A stretch of DNA of 64,000 nt, taken from the NCBI GenBank assembly GCA_040954595.2, contig CM082579.2, positions 1,315,908 to 1,379,907 on the forward strand, in the 5' to 3' direction. Position 1 is the first letter of the stretch, and the number at the start of each line of letters is the position of its first letter. The notes under the pieces are model-generated. The model did no database searches and had not been told where the DNA came from. It saw only the letters and a list, made by a program, of their open reading frames with translations. The DNA comes from Balanoglossus misakiensis. Lineage: Eukaryota > Animalia > Hemichordata. Positions 30,250 through 44,800 of this stretch are shown here, piece by piece. The position numbers and the translations under genes were made by a program.

Positions 30250-33200
30250 ATGGCGACGGATGCTTCAGCTGTTGGAAGTCTGCATACGGTTGATTATGTC
30301 GTGGTAGTTGCGGGCCTGCTTGCGGTTTTTGCTCTTGGTCTGTGGGTAAGTGAACGGTCGACATTTGCAAGGGTTATAAAATACTGTGTATGCACGCATG
30401 CAACCGTGGCCAAGCTGACCCGAGATTTGGTGTGTGTGCCCGAAATCAGTTTTGATAACAAAGTTTGTTTTATTAAATCTGACATCTTTATTATATTTTA
30501 TCGCATGATATCACTCGAGGTATTAACCCCAATACTATGGTTGAAAACAGCACATACTAGATGACACCTCGTCAGCATTCGACTGCTCAAAACACAAAAA
30601 GTGAATGTTGTCTTGGTGATCATCACCCCTGTTTCACCTCTTCTCTCCCAGGCTGCAAACTTTCATCTTTCATAGCAATCATGGATGGTTCCGCAAATGG
30701 TAGTGGTGCATGCATGTAGCCTTCCCTTTCCTGGGAGGGTTGTCATATCTTTATGGTCGGAAATATGAACTGAATAGACGTCATCAATTGTCGCTTGGAC
30801 AGATTATTCATAACAATGAACGCAAACCCTGAAAACTTGTCGACAATTTGCTTGAATGGTCTGCGAAAATGGATTATGGCAAAATTATTTCCTGGGAAAT
30901 TGTAGACACTGGCCTTTGCCATAAGAACTTCGGTTATTGTATTTAAATAGACTCTCACGGGATGTCAACCGAAGGGCAGGGACGGAATGCAAAACATCAA
31001 GGAGCGAGTAGGGTTCAGTTTTATGGCAGAAAACGTTTGGCTTTCTTCCAGACGACACTGAGTTATGGAGATTGATTGTGCAGTTCACTTTTCCCCCATT
31101 GCAACTAACAAAAAACCTCTTATTTTATAGTCTTCCCGGCGTGCAAATCGTGGAAGTTCACAAGGATATTTCCTGGCTGGTCGGGATATGTCATGGTGGG
31201 TGGTAAGTAGTTGAACCAATATTTTGTCTACTATTTCAATTTTCTTGCATTAAACTTGTCTACTCGTCTGCCGTTTGTACAAAACATATATATAATTTGA
31301 GCTCCTTAGACAGAACATATATACAACCATTGGATAACGGCTATAAAATGTACTCTTACAAACAAAGACCGGAGTGTTTTATAGTCAAGGAAAATGCAAA
31401 CGGTGTGCTCAAAAGGTGACTTTGTTTGTAAAACTAGGTTATCAGATCCAGTAAAGAGGTCGTAATTTAGATACACTTGTAAGAGATTGCAATCAGCTGA
31501 GTGGCATGTTTGATTTAGATTCAGTAAACGTGTGGGATTCAGGGACACGATCTAACTTACCCGAGAAAAGCCATTCTTTCATTCAAAACACAAGTTTTTG
31601 CCTTTAAGACCCTTGGTTCAGTTCCACCAAATGCATCCCATGGTGTTGCTGGGTGTTTCATTGCAACATGACTCAAGAGAGAGCTCAGTGATTTTTATTA
31701 ATTCAATGACAGGTCGGGTTGTCTCTCTACGTCAGCAATATCGGCAGCGCCACTTTCATCGGCATTGCTGGAACTGCTGCTGTCGATGGCATCGCTGTGG
31801 TGTTCTACGAATTCACGGTAAGTTGGCCTACTCTTGTCTTGTCTTGTCTTGTCTAAATATTGTGTGTTTTTACCCAACGGTTAATTTAAAACCTGAACTC
31901 TTCTGATTACGTAGGGTGTCACGTGTCTCACTCTGCTGGGATTCTTCTTCGTGCCAGTCTACACATCTTCTGGGGTAAGTCTGGTTTCTTTTGATTTCTG
32001 GTTTTCACTGTCCTCACTGAACTTAAACTTGTACAATCATATCTTTTCTCTCTGATCTAATGCCAGGCGTACACGATGCCAGAATATCTGAAACTGAGAT
32101 TTGGAGGCGAGAGGATCCGGGTGTTTCTGGCCATTATTCAGCTCCTGATGAATCTCTTTGCTCATATCACAGTAGGTTTGAAGCTCACATTACGAGCTAC
32201 CCTTTATCGTAAATCCGGTTTAAAAACCTTGACTTACTGAACATTTTCAACAGAGACAATTTCTTTAAATCAAACTAACCACAAAATTCTCGTCAATGTC
32301 AACAGGGTGAAATGTATGCCGGTATTCTCATCATTCAAATAGTTCTCGGCTGGAACATCTATGCATCAGTCATTACTTTGCTGATATTGACCGCCATCTT
32401 TACAGTCGCGGGTGAGATTGGCTACTACACCGTTGCTGAAGCCAGTCAGTTTGAATCATTTTTTCGACGAGACTTCAATTTGTTGTTTTAGTTTTTTTCA
32501 CCAACACATGAAACATGTTAATAATAGTCTTTTTGTTAACTCCTTAAAATGGTTTATATTTAATCTTCCATATTAATTTTTTCTTCGAAAGGTGGATTGA
32601 CTGCAGTGATGCACACGGATGCTCTGCAAGCCATCATTATCCTAATCAGTGCTTTCATCCTGATGGTGTTCTGTAAGTTCTAACTTTGAATTTTCTTGTT
32701 GAAATGTTTAAGACTGCGTGTAGAGTATTTATCACGGGGAGAAGAATTCGATTGAAATGTCTTTCCCTTGTTTTTTTTAAGGTTGGATAGAAATAGGCGA
32801 TTATGTCACCTTTGAATCGCTGTATATGGAAGCCGTACCAAATACAACAGTAGTCGGGAATACTTCATGTGGCATACCCTCATCCGATGCTTGGCATATC
32901 TTCAGACCTATCGATGCCAGTCTGCCGTGGCCTGGCGTTCTATTCGGTATCATGATTCTGTCAACGTACTACTTTTGTACCAATCAGGCAAGTAGTGTGT
33001 TTATGGGGTTTTCTTGGAAAAGAACGCGCTTCCATACAACTGAAATATACTTTAGAAAGTGGTCTAATTCATTTCAAAAATATACTAGTACTTTCTACGA
33101 TGATTTGGCATGAGCGGGTCGTATTCGTGACGCAAGAAATTTTCAAAAGACTGGCCGATTCAAAACCTCATATATATACCAAGTACGAATGCTTTTCGTC

Positions 33201-35364
33201 TCATATCTGTCGACTGTATATATTTTACAGGTCTTGGTTCAGCGATGTTTAGCTGCTAAAGACATAAGTCATGCTAAAGGGGGTACAATCTTGGCTGGTT
33301 ACTTGAAAATCCTACCCATGTTCCTGATGGTATGGCCCGGGATGATAAGCAGGATACTGTACAAAGGTAGGATGCATGGCGAAATGTCAAGAAGATTTCA
33401 TTTAATTGTCACGTTGTTGTTGGAATGGAGGTTATGATGAGTTTTGTTATTTTTTCAGATATCGTGGCATGTGTTGATAGCGAGACGTGTAACCAGGCCT
33501 GTGGAAACCCAGCTGGTTGTTCTAACGTTACCTACCCTGTACTCATCCTGGGATTGATGCCAATCGGTTTGTAAAGTCAATATCTTGACAAAACATCTAT
33601 GAACAAATTTACGTCGTCGTCAGCACTAGTAGTATTCCGCCATGCTATTATTTGGACCGAACGGCAATGTCGTATGAGATAAAATCAAATTCTCAAGAAT
33701 ATATACACAGTGACGTGTTTACTTCTCTCTTGCAGCTTTGAAAGGACTAATGTTGGCCGCCATGTTGGCAGGAGTCATGAGTTCCTTTACATCCATATTC
33801 AACAGCACCAGTACCATATTTACTATTGATGTTTGGAAACGCATCCGACCAAAGGCATCGACTCGTGAAGAAATGGTTGTTGGCAGGTAATTTTGCATGA
33901 TATAATTATGATTTCTCAGACATATAAGATTGCGGGCCACTCAGAAGATTGAGACAATACTTGGCTATTTGCACTCTTTCTTGACATTTATGTATAAACC
34001 GTCTTCTTTCAGAGTATTTATACTGTTCATGGTCACCGCGAGTATTTTGTGGTTACCAGTACTAGAAGCATTTGGTGCTGGCCAGCTGTTCGTCTATCTG
34101 CAGTCTGTGACGTCATACATCGCACCCCCAACGCTGGCCTGTTTCATCCTCGCCATTGGCTGGGAGAGAACCAATGAGCAGGTAATCAACTTCATGCTCA
34201 TAAATACATGATACGAGAAATGCGGTTTTCATAATTTACAGTGGTAAACATGTGCAGTATTGCCGAGCAAATATTTTAAACTATAAATTCACTCCTCTTC
34301 TTTTCTTCGATTTGCAGGGAGCATTTTGGGGGCTCATTGGCGGTTTTGTCATCGGCGGTACCCGGATGATATTAGACTTTGTTTACGTGTCTCCAGGATG
34401 TGATCAAGCTGAGACTCGTCCAGCGTTGTTGGCCAACTTCCACTATCTCCACTTCGCCATATTTCTCTTCCTGGCGTCTCTCCTCATCACCATACTAGTC
34501 ACTTTGATTACCAAACCGCAACGCAAGGAGGAGGTAAATGCTCTTCCAGTCACTAAAAGTCAATCAGTGTCACCTGGTCGAGATACTATGCAAATTCAAC
34601 CGTATTTACCATGGACAGCGGAAATCTGGCCAATCAAAAATAGAGCGCTATCACATGGCCAATCAGAGAAATTAGAGGCGATATTTGAGTATTTCCTGTT
34701 GATTTATGAGCTATGGCCTTCATGGAAATAAACATTCTTGGAGTCATATTCCTTTCCTTTGTCGCAGCTGTATCGCCTTACTTGGTGGACACGACACAGC
34801 ACGGAGCCCAGAATCGCACATGATCTGGACTTAAAGAAACAAGAAGAAATCGTGACGATGAAAGATGTGGCAACCAGTACAGGTGACGAGGATGAATTGC
34901 CAGAGAAGGAAGAAAAAGAAACCCATTATGATTCTGAAAATATCACGAATGCCGATAAATCAGAAGACAAAGGTAAATCAATACTGTCGCCATTTGATGG
35001 ACGAACAGCTGACAAGTTACTTAACACCTACAATCGTAAACTGGTCCTTGCAAATTGTCTTGAAGTGGGTAGGGGTGAAAATGCGATAAAAAACCTGGAT
35101 GTGCCCTGAATCGTTACTCATACACTGTATCTGTGTTGCATTGCAGATGACATTGACCGTGACCAAGATATGTGGACATCCTTCAAAAAGTGGGCCTCTG
35201 ACTGGCTGTGTGGCGCCACCTCTCAGACATCAGAAAAGGACCAGGCGATGCGCGAGGAGCGAGCCATATCATTGGAGGAAGACCCTAAGTGGGCGCGCAT
35301 CGTCAACATTAATGCCGTCATCCTATTGGTTGTCGGAGGCTTTGTTTGGGGATTTTTTGGTTAA
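30250..35364 (+). CDS. SLC5A: SLC5 (SGLT-like) sodium:solute symporter, tandem copy 1; 15 exons
   Basis: Motifs [99 protein letters not shown]-terminal WGFFG*. Exon phases are consistent; one GC-AG intron. Confidence 0.95.
32988..33230 (+). other. GC-AG intron in SLC5 copy 1
   Basis: ACCAATCAG|GCAAGT...ttttacAG|GTCTTGGTT gives TNQ-VLVQR. The other three copies have GT at this position. Confidence 0.85.
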
Positions 35365-36175
35365 TCAAGATTAATCAAATTTAAGCACTCCATGTAACTG
35401 GCGAAGTATTAGTTTAGACCAGCTTGCCACGTAATTATGACTGCTGAGGGCGTTATAAATTTAAATCAAGAACCGTGTTGTGTTAAACTTTTAGATTGTA
35501 ATTTATAAATGAATCAAAGCTGGGGTCACTTTCGAAGATTGTTTTATCAATACGCCACACGTTCGATAAGCTTTTGAGTGTAGGTTAAAATAAAAAAGCG
35601 ACAGAGGTTAAATAAACATAACTGTTTACACATTATTTTTCATGTAATGACAGGTCCATACATACTTGGCATTTAGTGGTCTTTTGACTGACCTAGAAAA
35701 GTTTGGAGTTGTGTGTCGAGTTCCTAGGAAACCTGCAAAATTTCCAACTTGCACTTTTGAAAAACAATAAATACTAGAAACAGAACTCATTCTTAAGGAA
35801 CTAAATTGTAGATTTCACCACAATTAGAGTTTACCCATGGTTCCTAAGGGGTCCACACAACATGCCTTAAAACTGTATACTACAAATCTCCGTCTATTGA
35901 GCATTTCCTAAAACAAGGTGACCGACCCCCCAGTTAAAGAAATTGACCCTTCCCTACGCCCTCTCTGCTCTCACCACTTTTCGCGTCTCCAACGCCCTGT
36001 CAGTTCCACTTCAGCGTCATTCAGCGCCCCCTGCACGCAAGACACTCTCTCAACCCGTCACAAATTGCCAGGGCAACGTTTCTCAAAACTTGTCTTCATT
36101 CTGGACACATCCGTGACACTTTCACCAATCGCTCGTCAAGTTTTAGAGTGATTTCGGATACAGGTCACTTTTATC

Positions 36176-39100
36176 ATGGCGTCGGAAATTGACTTTTTTG
36201 ACCCTCTTCATCCAGTTGATTATGCTGTGATCGTTGTTCTATTAGTTGGAGTTGTCGTGTTGGGATTATGGGTAAGTGTTTTTGGGTAATACTTTATAAG
36301 GAAAATGGCACATTTTCATGACTTTTGAAAAGAAAGAGACATTTTATTGCACACAAAACCAATTATCAGAAGTGAACTTTAGATCATATATATCTTTATG
36401 CAAACAAATAACTAAAAAGTTAACAGTGGGCGTACCCGACTTGTGGTCGAAGGTTAAGAAATATGAATAACTTTTCAAACTTTAAATTTCATAAATTTCT
36501 AGAATCTGTCCTGGGTCTTGCTCTAACAAAAACATGAACATGTACTTCTCTTTAAGAATTCTAGCAATTCCCACCCACCCATCTTAGTGTATTTTATTAT
36601 TTGATCATAATATTCATTTTCTGCACACAGTCCTCACGTCGGGCGAATCGTTCAACCCTAAGTGGTTACTTCTTGGCTGGTCGGTCGATGGGATGGATAA
36701 TGGTGAGTCAACTTATCAGTGAATATCAGCTCTCTATTTCCAATCAAACTCTTGGACAGCGAATATCATGACACAGATAAGATACACACGTCAGAAGAGT
36801 TACACTACCAGAAATGACTTTAAACATCGAAGTTTACTTTACAAAAATGTTTCATTTGAAATGTTTCGACTGTTTCCACAGGTTGGTTTATCGCTGTATG
36901 CCAGTCAGGTCGGACCCGCCAACTTCATCGGCATTGCAGGAGCATCCGCCATTGATGGAGTAGCAGTTGTTGCATACGAGTTCACGGTTAGCATCTCCAT
37001 GGTTTCCAGAATTGCCAATTGAACAAATCTCTACTATAAAGTGACAGCAACGTTGTATTGGTGGATAGTTTCTTAACATGTGACGAAATCAGTAGAATCC
37101 TGACCCAACAGAAGGTTCCCCATGGCATGCCCTATGGCTGTTTTCATGTTTAATGTACAAACTTGGCCAATAAAATGAACCATATCTTTGTTTTTTTCTT
37201 CAGGCGGTAACCTGTCTTTTTCTGTTGGGATTTCTGTTTGTTCCCGTGTACATTGCGTCAGGGGTGAGTAAAACATGCATCGCACCTGTTTCAGAAAATA
37301 AATTTGCATCGATCGATCGGGGCAGAGTGATACACGTGTTACTTGTAATCAGCGGTGCATAAAATCTACATTTTCCTCCTGATTCTGGAAACATAGACCC
37401 AAGTTAAGCGTGGCTAATCATGGTGGAACAGACACTGCTAAGACACAGGTGTACAAACAATGACATGGTGCCAACTTTTCTCCTAACAGGCGTTCACAAT
37501 GCCAGAATACATACAGAAGAGATTTGGTGGCCGCCGTCTACAGATCTACCTGGCTCTGACGCAACTCTTCCTCAATATATTTGTACACGTCACGGTAGGG
37601 TGCAATTCATAATTCTTAAAGGCCTATGTTTGTTGACGTGGGCAATTCTATTGATGTAAACAATTGGTCTTTCTTCATGAGTGTACACGAAACAGTTTAC
37701 TGGGAAACGGCACCGGAATTGCTTTTATCGCACGGTAGTTATGAGTGTAACATGATATTTTATTTAGGGCGAGCTATTTTCTGGGGTTCTAATCATCAAC
37801 CTGGCAATGGGATGGAATATCTATGCCGCATGTATTGCTCTGTTTGCGTTGACGGCCATCATCGCAATTGCCGGTGAGTATGTGATTTTTTAACCCGGGC
37901 CAGAAAAGAAATCATCAGTACTACACAATATATAATTATGTTGACTTGGCCAACTTCTTTTCTCATCTGGACATGTGACTGTGAAAAAAAGATGGCGGCA
38001 ATGACGTCATATTTTCACGACTGCCCTTTTCCTCTTACAGGTGGCCTGACAGCGGTTATGCATACAGATGCCATGCAGGCCATCATCATTGTATCAGGCG
38101 CCATTGTGTTAATGATCCTTTGTAAGTATGCAAATCTTACAAAATGTAAAAAAAACGAAACGATAGGGCTTGAAATGTTATGCATATGATCTGATTGCCT
38201 TCAGTTTTATTTTTTGCTAAAATGTGTTAAAGAGTGTGGGTATATCCAAGATGGGCGATAATGTGTTTCCTGCCTAAAATCACGCACAAATGACCATATA
38301 AATAAAATGAAGTGATGTCATCATGATTGTGTTGTGCGGCCACACAATAAGAGAGAAAGAGACAGACAGACAGACGACGTCACTATCTTTGAGAGTAGCA
38401 ATACATGTGATGGCATCGTCTTGTCTCCTTCAGCATGGATGGAAATTGGCAGTTATTCAGCTTTTCAAACCCAGTTCATGGAGGCTATCCCACACACAAC
38501 GGTGGCCAATAACACGACATGCGGGGTTCCTACCGAAGAAATTTGGCACATCTTCCGTCCCGTTGATTCAAGCATGCCCTGGCCTGGCATAGTATTCGGT
38601 GTGCATATATTGTCGCTTTACTACTGGTGTTCGAATCAGGTGAGTTTTGCAACAGTACACAGCATCACCAGTGATGTAACAAAGGCGCATGCCTGTCCAT
38701 TATTTTGCCATTTAATCACGATTTCTGTTGAAAAACAGAAATCCTTGATGCCAAGTGCAGTAATGCATATTTATGTAATTTTGAAATCAGGTCATAGTTC
38801 AAAGATGTCTTGCTGCCAAGAATGTCTCGCACGCTACTGCTGGTACTACGGTAGCAGGATGGCTGAAGATGATGGCAATGTTTATTATGGTTTGGCCAGG
38901 AATGATAAGCAGAATCCTTTACACAGGTACTTTGACCTTCATTAGAATTTCTGCATTTGACTAAATATAAGGTCATGTCATTTCCTCTGTGTTTTGTATA
39001 ATTTCTCTGGTCTTTTACACACATCTTTCCGTATTTCTCTTTGTTTAGACACAGTCGCATGCGTGCAAAGCGACGTATGTCTCGAGCGATGTGGTAACTC

Positions 39101-41022
39101 CGCCGGATGCTCAAACATGGCGTACCCGTACCTGATTCTTGATTTGTTTCCAATAGGTAAGGGTGACCATTATTAGCCCTTTTGAGTAATCTCTGTAATT
39201 ACTATTTATTCTGTAACTGGCAGATGAACATATAGGTGATGTTTCTCTCTACCGTTGCAGTCACTTAACCTTAACCTGAGCACACACCCATAACTTTGCA
39301 GGTTTGAGAGGACTCATTCTAGCGGCAATGTTAGCTGGTGTGATGAGTTCCCTGACGTCCATATTTAACAGTGCCAGTACTGTCTTCACTCTCGATATCT
39401 GGAGAACAGTCAGACCAAAGGCGTCCAACAGAGAAGAGATGTTGGTGGGAAGGTGAGAATATTGTATTTGCATTGCGAGCTGCATTCAACATTGCTCTTG
39501 CTAATGGCGTTTCAAAATTGTGTACACTTTTTTTTTACAGACTATGGACTCTTATTATGGTAGTGGCTTCGATACTATGGTTACCAGTGATGGAGTCATA
39601 CGGACAAGGTGTGCTGTTCAACTACCTCCAGGCAGTCAGTGCTCATATCACTCCGCCCTTCATCGCTTGTTTTATTCTGGCAATTTCGTGGGAGAGAATC
39701 AACGAACCGGTAAGATTTCACAGTGAACGCCTGGTGGTCTCGTTATGTTAATTATAGATGTTGCTATGGTGCGGATAGCCGCCATCTTGGACGTATTCCT
39801 ACCAAAACTAAACAAGAACGACATTTACATTGGCAGGTGTCATTGACAGGTGTCATAAACGTATCTTTATCCGCACATTTAAACACTGTCCTAACTAATC
39901 AGGTCATTTATTTCGTTTTTCTTCTAAGGGTGCTTTTTGGGGTTCCCTGTTTGGAATTCTCTTCGGTCTCGGTCGTATGATACTCAGCTTCATCTACGTA
40001 GATCCCGGATGTGACGAGCCGGATACTCGGACGCCATTTTTACGTGACGTGCACTTTCTCCATTTCGCCGTCATATTGCTCGTCAGTTCGCTTCTTGTGA
40101 TGGTCGTCGTGAGCTTTATCACCGAACCGCAGCCCAAGGAGCAGGTGAGGCATCACGCGTTTGCATTGGTCAAAGATGTAAAATTGCCTTTAGAAATATA
40201 TCCATGATGTGCCCAATTAAAGTCATTTTAGAGACTCATCGGACTATTTACTACAACTGAAATGTGAAACTTTTGCATGTAAAATTACATCAAGCAAATC
40301 CTTACAAGATAGGGAGAAAGTCGTAATTCTTTCTCGCCGTTGCATTTGCAGCTGATCCGCTTGACGTGGTGGACAAGACACAGCAAGAAACCCCGTGTAG
40401 AACCCAACGGTACCATTGCGCACGCTCCGATGGAACCCGAAGAAAATGTGACTGACGTGGCAGCCGAGGACCGAGGTCTCGTGAATGTTGAAATGAAATT
40501 AGAAACTGATGAAGTGGTAAAGGAAAGTGAGAACATTGCAAAAGATGGGCCGGAGAAGACGAATGTCAAAGAAGAGACAAGCAGAGACATGTCAGGTTGG
40601 CGTTACTGCATTTTATTGGCTAATAATGTCACGTGATTTACTGGTACATGTACATCATTCAAAATGCCAGTATTTCAGGTAATGAATGAGTCATGAAAAT
40701 AGCCTATGAACTCATTGTCTTACTGTATGTCACAAGAACCTCATAAGCTAGAACTGATAAAGCAGAAACAGAAAAAAAAGTTAGAACACTTTCTTTATTT
40801 TCAGAAGAGGATACACAAGACGAGGACAAATCTGCGTGGATGTGCGTATATCATTGGATGTGTGGGTACAGTCACGTGAGCGAGAAGACGATCCGGGAAG
40901 AGGCTGAGAGAGACAAGCACATGACGTCCTTGGACGAGGATCCAAAATGGGCGTCCTTTGCGGTGGTCAACGCTGTCATTATGTTGATGGCGTGTGTCTT
41001 CATGTGGGGCTATTTTGGTTGA
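36176..41022 (+). CDS. SLC5A: SLC5 (SGLT-like) sodium:solute symporter, tandem copy 2
   Basis: Starts [16 protein letters not shown]; same intron positions as copy 1. Motifs [55 protein letters not shown]; ends WGYFG*. Confidence 0.94.
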
Positions 41023-41222
41023 ACTTAACATTCAACTTTGTGATTTCTGATACGCGTTTAATAAGGCACGTATAGAGTGCTGTTTTAAAGTATATCCTAA
41101 AGTATAGCATAACGTGGGGCTATTTTGGTTGAACTTAACATTCAACTTTGTGATTTCTGATACGTGTTTAATACAGCACGTATAGAGTGCTATTTTAAAG
41201 GTATCCTAAAGTATACCATAAC
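41004..41222 (+). repeat. Two-copy ~110-bp tandem duplication including the last codons and stop of SLC5 copy 2
   Basis: gtggggctattttggtTGAacttaacattc...cataac at 41004-41113 and again at 41114-41222. Confidence 0.92.
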
Positions 41223-41880
41223 GTGTGTAAAATTGTGTTTAGCATAGTCAAGAACTTCTGATAAAGCCGGCGCGTAGATAATATTTTAGCACCCGTTTTT
41301 TTCCTGGGATACTTCGTTAGATATACTGTACTGTCGATATATTATGCTTCTTACGTTCCTAGTTCTGTCTATGGCAAATAAAAACATAGGTGCCATAAAA
41401 TGTACATGCTATAATGTATGTTTATTTTCTATATGTAACTGAATTTTGTGGTCAAAGCATGAGTAACTAGACTTCCAGTGGTGGGTAGTTGGAAGGTGGA
41501 ATGTCTCTTTGCCCTCAGTTTGGAACACAGCAATTCTTTCACATACTTTACTCGCAACTTTGGACATCTGAATCCCACCCTGCTTTTGAAGGCTGCCCTC
41601 GATGCCTGACCATATTTCAGAAGTCGAATTTCTATCCACAAATATTTTATAGGTTGTTTGTTTAACTGTCATGTGAGAAATGCACTCACTTGTTTGTATG
41701 TAAGCACCTGTCAACTGGGCGGACTTCTACCCGTACCGCTATAGATCACCCTGTCTCACCAGATTGCACCCAGGCCTTAGTTCGACGCCTTTGCCTGATG
41801 GGGAGAACCTGATTCTGATCTCTGCTTAACTTTTAAGTATATTGGGACATTGAAAAGCTCAAGTTTGACCGCTTTCCAAC

Positions 41881-44800
41881 ATGGCGTCCGAAATCGAATA
41901 CTTCGATCCCCTCCACGCAGTCGACTACGTCACGATCGCTGTGCTCTTACTTAGCGTCATAGCACTGGGTCTGTGGGTAAGTTGAATACTCAAGTGCTTT
42001 CTGCCAGCAGAAATTTTTGACAATTATGTCAACCGACGAGAAGGAGAGGATGTCTCATGCTAATGGTAAATAAAGTCAGTCGTGTTTTATAACTAGACTT
42101 TATATGACAATTCCATGCCTTTAATAGTTGAAGATATGTTGTCAATATGACGATATTGCTTTGTTTTCCTTCGCCATATTTATTGCGCACAATATCTCAA
42201 TTCATAAACCACTCGAACATGTGCAAACATTTCTATCAGTGCTGTCCCTGGAATGATTAATGCATAACAGAAACTGGGCTATAGTTTCTCGAAGGACGGT
42301 TAACCAACACAGTCAGGCGGCACAATTATGAAATTCACAGATAAAGTGAACACTCACGATTCTCCCTCGCATAACCCCGATCATAAGTTCCCATAACTCT
42401 GACGTTATCATTTCAAAGTGAAATGACCTTCTTTCCCCCATGAGTTTGCATTTAGTGTGCCAACGTGGCATCCCAATGTCTCTCAGCCAATCGGACCAAT
42501 ATTAATGGCAAAAGATAAAACATGGGTTTTAATCTGTAACTTTCCTTGTATGTATTCCAGTCTTCCCGGCATGCCCAACGATCTACTGCAAGTGGGTACT
42601 TTCTCACCGGAAGGACGATGGTCTGGTGGCTGGTAAGTGGAATCCTGAACAGTTGTGCTAAACGTTGGTCTGCCAGATGTGATTGCCAGTTTAATGCTTG
42701 ACGTAGAGGGCAGCAGTAGCCAATCCGTCATTCTTCACACACTTCTTATATAACAATAATTGTTATCTTCATCTCCACAGGTGGGGATTTCTTTGTACGT
42801 CAGTAACATTGGACCTGATAATTTCTTTGGATTGGCTGGGTCGGCTGCAGTAGATGGCATCTCTGTTGTTTTCTACGAGTTCACGGTGAGATTCTTTTTT
42901 TAGCGGTATAACATTTCGATCCAGTCACTGATTTCAGAGGCCCAAACAACTCGGATGCTCCGACAAAGAGAACAAATTACGAGATTGTGTTGTTTACATT
43001 GATCTATTCTTGTCTCTCCTCAGGCCGTGACATGTCTCTTCTTCTTGGGTTATGTCTTCTCGCCCGTCTATATCTCGTCTGGGGTACGTAAGACACTTTA
43101 GCCTTTGGCAAAATTCTTATTTTTTATTACAATCATGCATCTGCAAATGAGAATGTAAACTGGACACTTATCAAGTTTGTCAGAAAATGTTATTCTGTAT
43201 TCTTTATTTTCCAGGCGTTCACCACCCCAGAATACATCCAAAAACGTTTTGGAGGAAAGCGATTACGTTTATATTTAGCGTTCACTCAAATATTCTTAAA
43301 CATATTCGCTCACACAACGGTATGTGAAACTCACTGCAAACTTGATTAGGTTCATTTACCAACTTCCGGACTTCAATGATTATTCACCATAACTTCGACT
43401 TGTCTTAGTAACTTTGCTCATCAAGCATTGACAGTCTATCATTGCATTGTCCATGTTTTCAGGGTGAGCTGTATTCTGGCGTCTTGTTGATTCGTCTTGC
43501 ATTGGGTTGGAACATCTATCCCTCCGTCATCACGTTGTTTGTTCTGACTGCAATCTACACAGTTGCTGGTAAGGTCAGAATTACATACTAAACATTGGGA
43601 GTTTCCTAGAAATAAGGTATTACCATTATATTGACAACTGTACACCAAACTTGGTGGTTAATTAAGACGGAATCGAATTATAACAATCAATTTTCTGTTA
43701 TGTTCTAAATTTATTAATTAGGTGGACTGACAGCTGTTATGCACACTGACGCGCTTCAGGGATGCATCATGGTGTCAGGAGCTGTAATCTTGATGATACT
43801 CAGTAAGTCACGTTGATATTTACGATTTTCAAGATGATTTGGAAGGGAGATTTTCACGATTGGTGACGTCATTGTCATGGTTAACGTCATTCCATTTTAC
43901 ACAAAGGCAAATACGTCATATTATCCTTGCAGGTTGGGTGAGAATCGGAAGTTACTCTGCCTTCGAAACTCAGTACATGGAAGCCATTCCACACACCACG
44001 CTGGCTGGTAACACCACCTGTGGAGTTCCTTCGGAATGGGCTTGGCATATCTTCCGTCCAGTCGATTCCAGTATGCCATGGCCAGGTGTACTCTTCGGGA
44101 TTCACATCTTGTCGTTCTACTACTGGTGTTGTAATCAGGTAAGCAGGGCGAAAGCCTGCAGAACTCACAGACTGGCTCAGAAGTGAGGAAGTGTTGTCAT
44201 GTGACTTAGTACCCGCCAATAACTGACGAGAATACTAAGATTTAGATGCGTTTTCTCTTCCAGGTGATCGTTCAACGCTGTCTGGCTGCGAAAGACATGA
44301 CTCATGCCAAGGGCGGTACCATTATTGGCGGGTATCTGAAAATGATGGCTTTGTTTCTCATGGTTTGGCCCGGTATGATCAGCCGAATACTCTATACCGG
44401 TTAGTTCACATATCTTTCTCAGCAATATATTAAGTTACAGATCACTGCAACCAATGCCCGAGTTAAGTCTGTAACAAAAGGGAAATGTTGAATTTTCTTG
44501 ATGGAAATGATGATGATACTGAAATTAGTTTTCCAGGGCAAGATTAATAGGATTGTCAATTTTCGATCTGCAAATGCGCCTTTTGGTACATTCTACCGTT
44601 AAATCTCATCTGGCTTGCTTTCAATCAGACACTGTGGCGTGCGTGGATAGTGCTGTGTGTGAATCCCGCTGCGACAACCCCGCCGGATGTTCCAACGTGG
44701 CATATCCCTATCTAATACTCGATCTAATGCCAATAGGTGAGTAAGCGCTTACAGCAGTTATTTATTTTACCAGAAAACTCGAAAGTAAAGACACCACCAG

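Noticed and set aside
34626-34666. Paired CCAAT boxes inside an SLC5 copy 1 intron
   Set aside because: No other promoter evidence; short motifs, probably repeat-derived.
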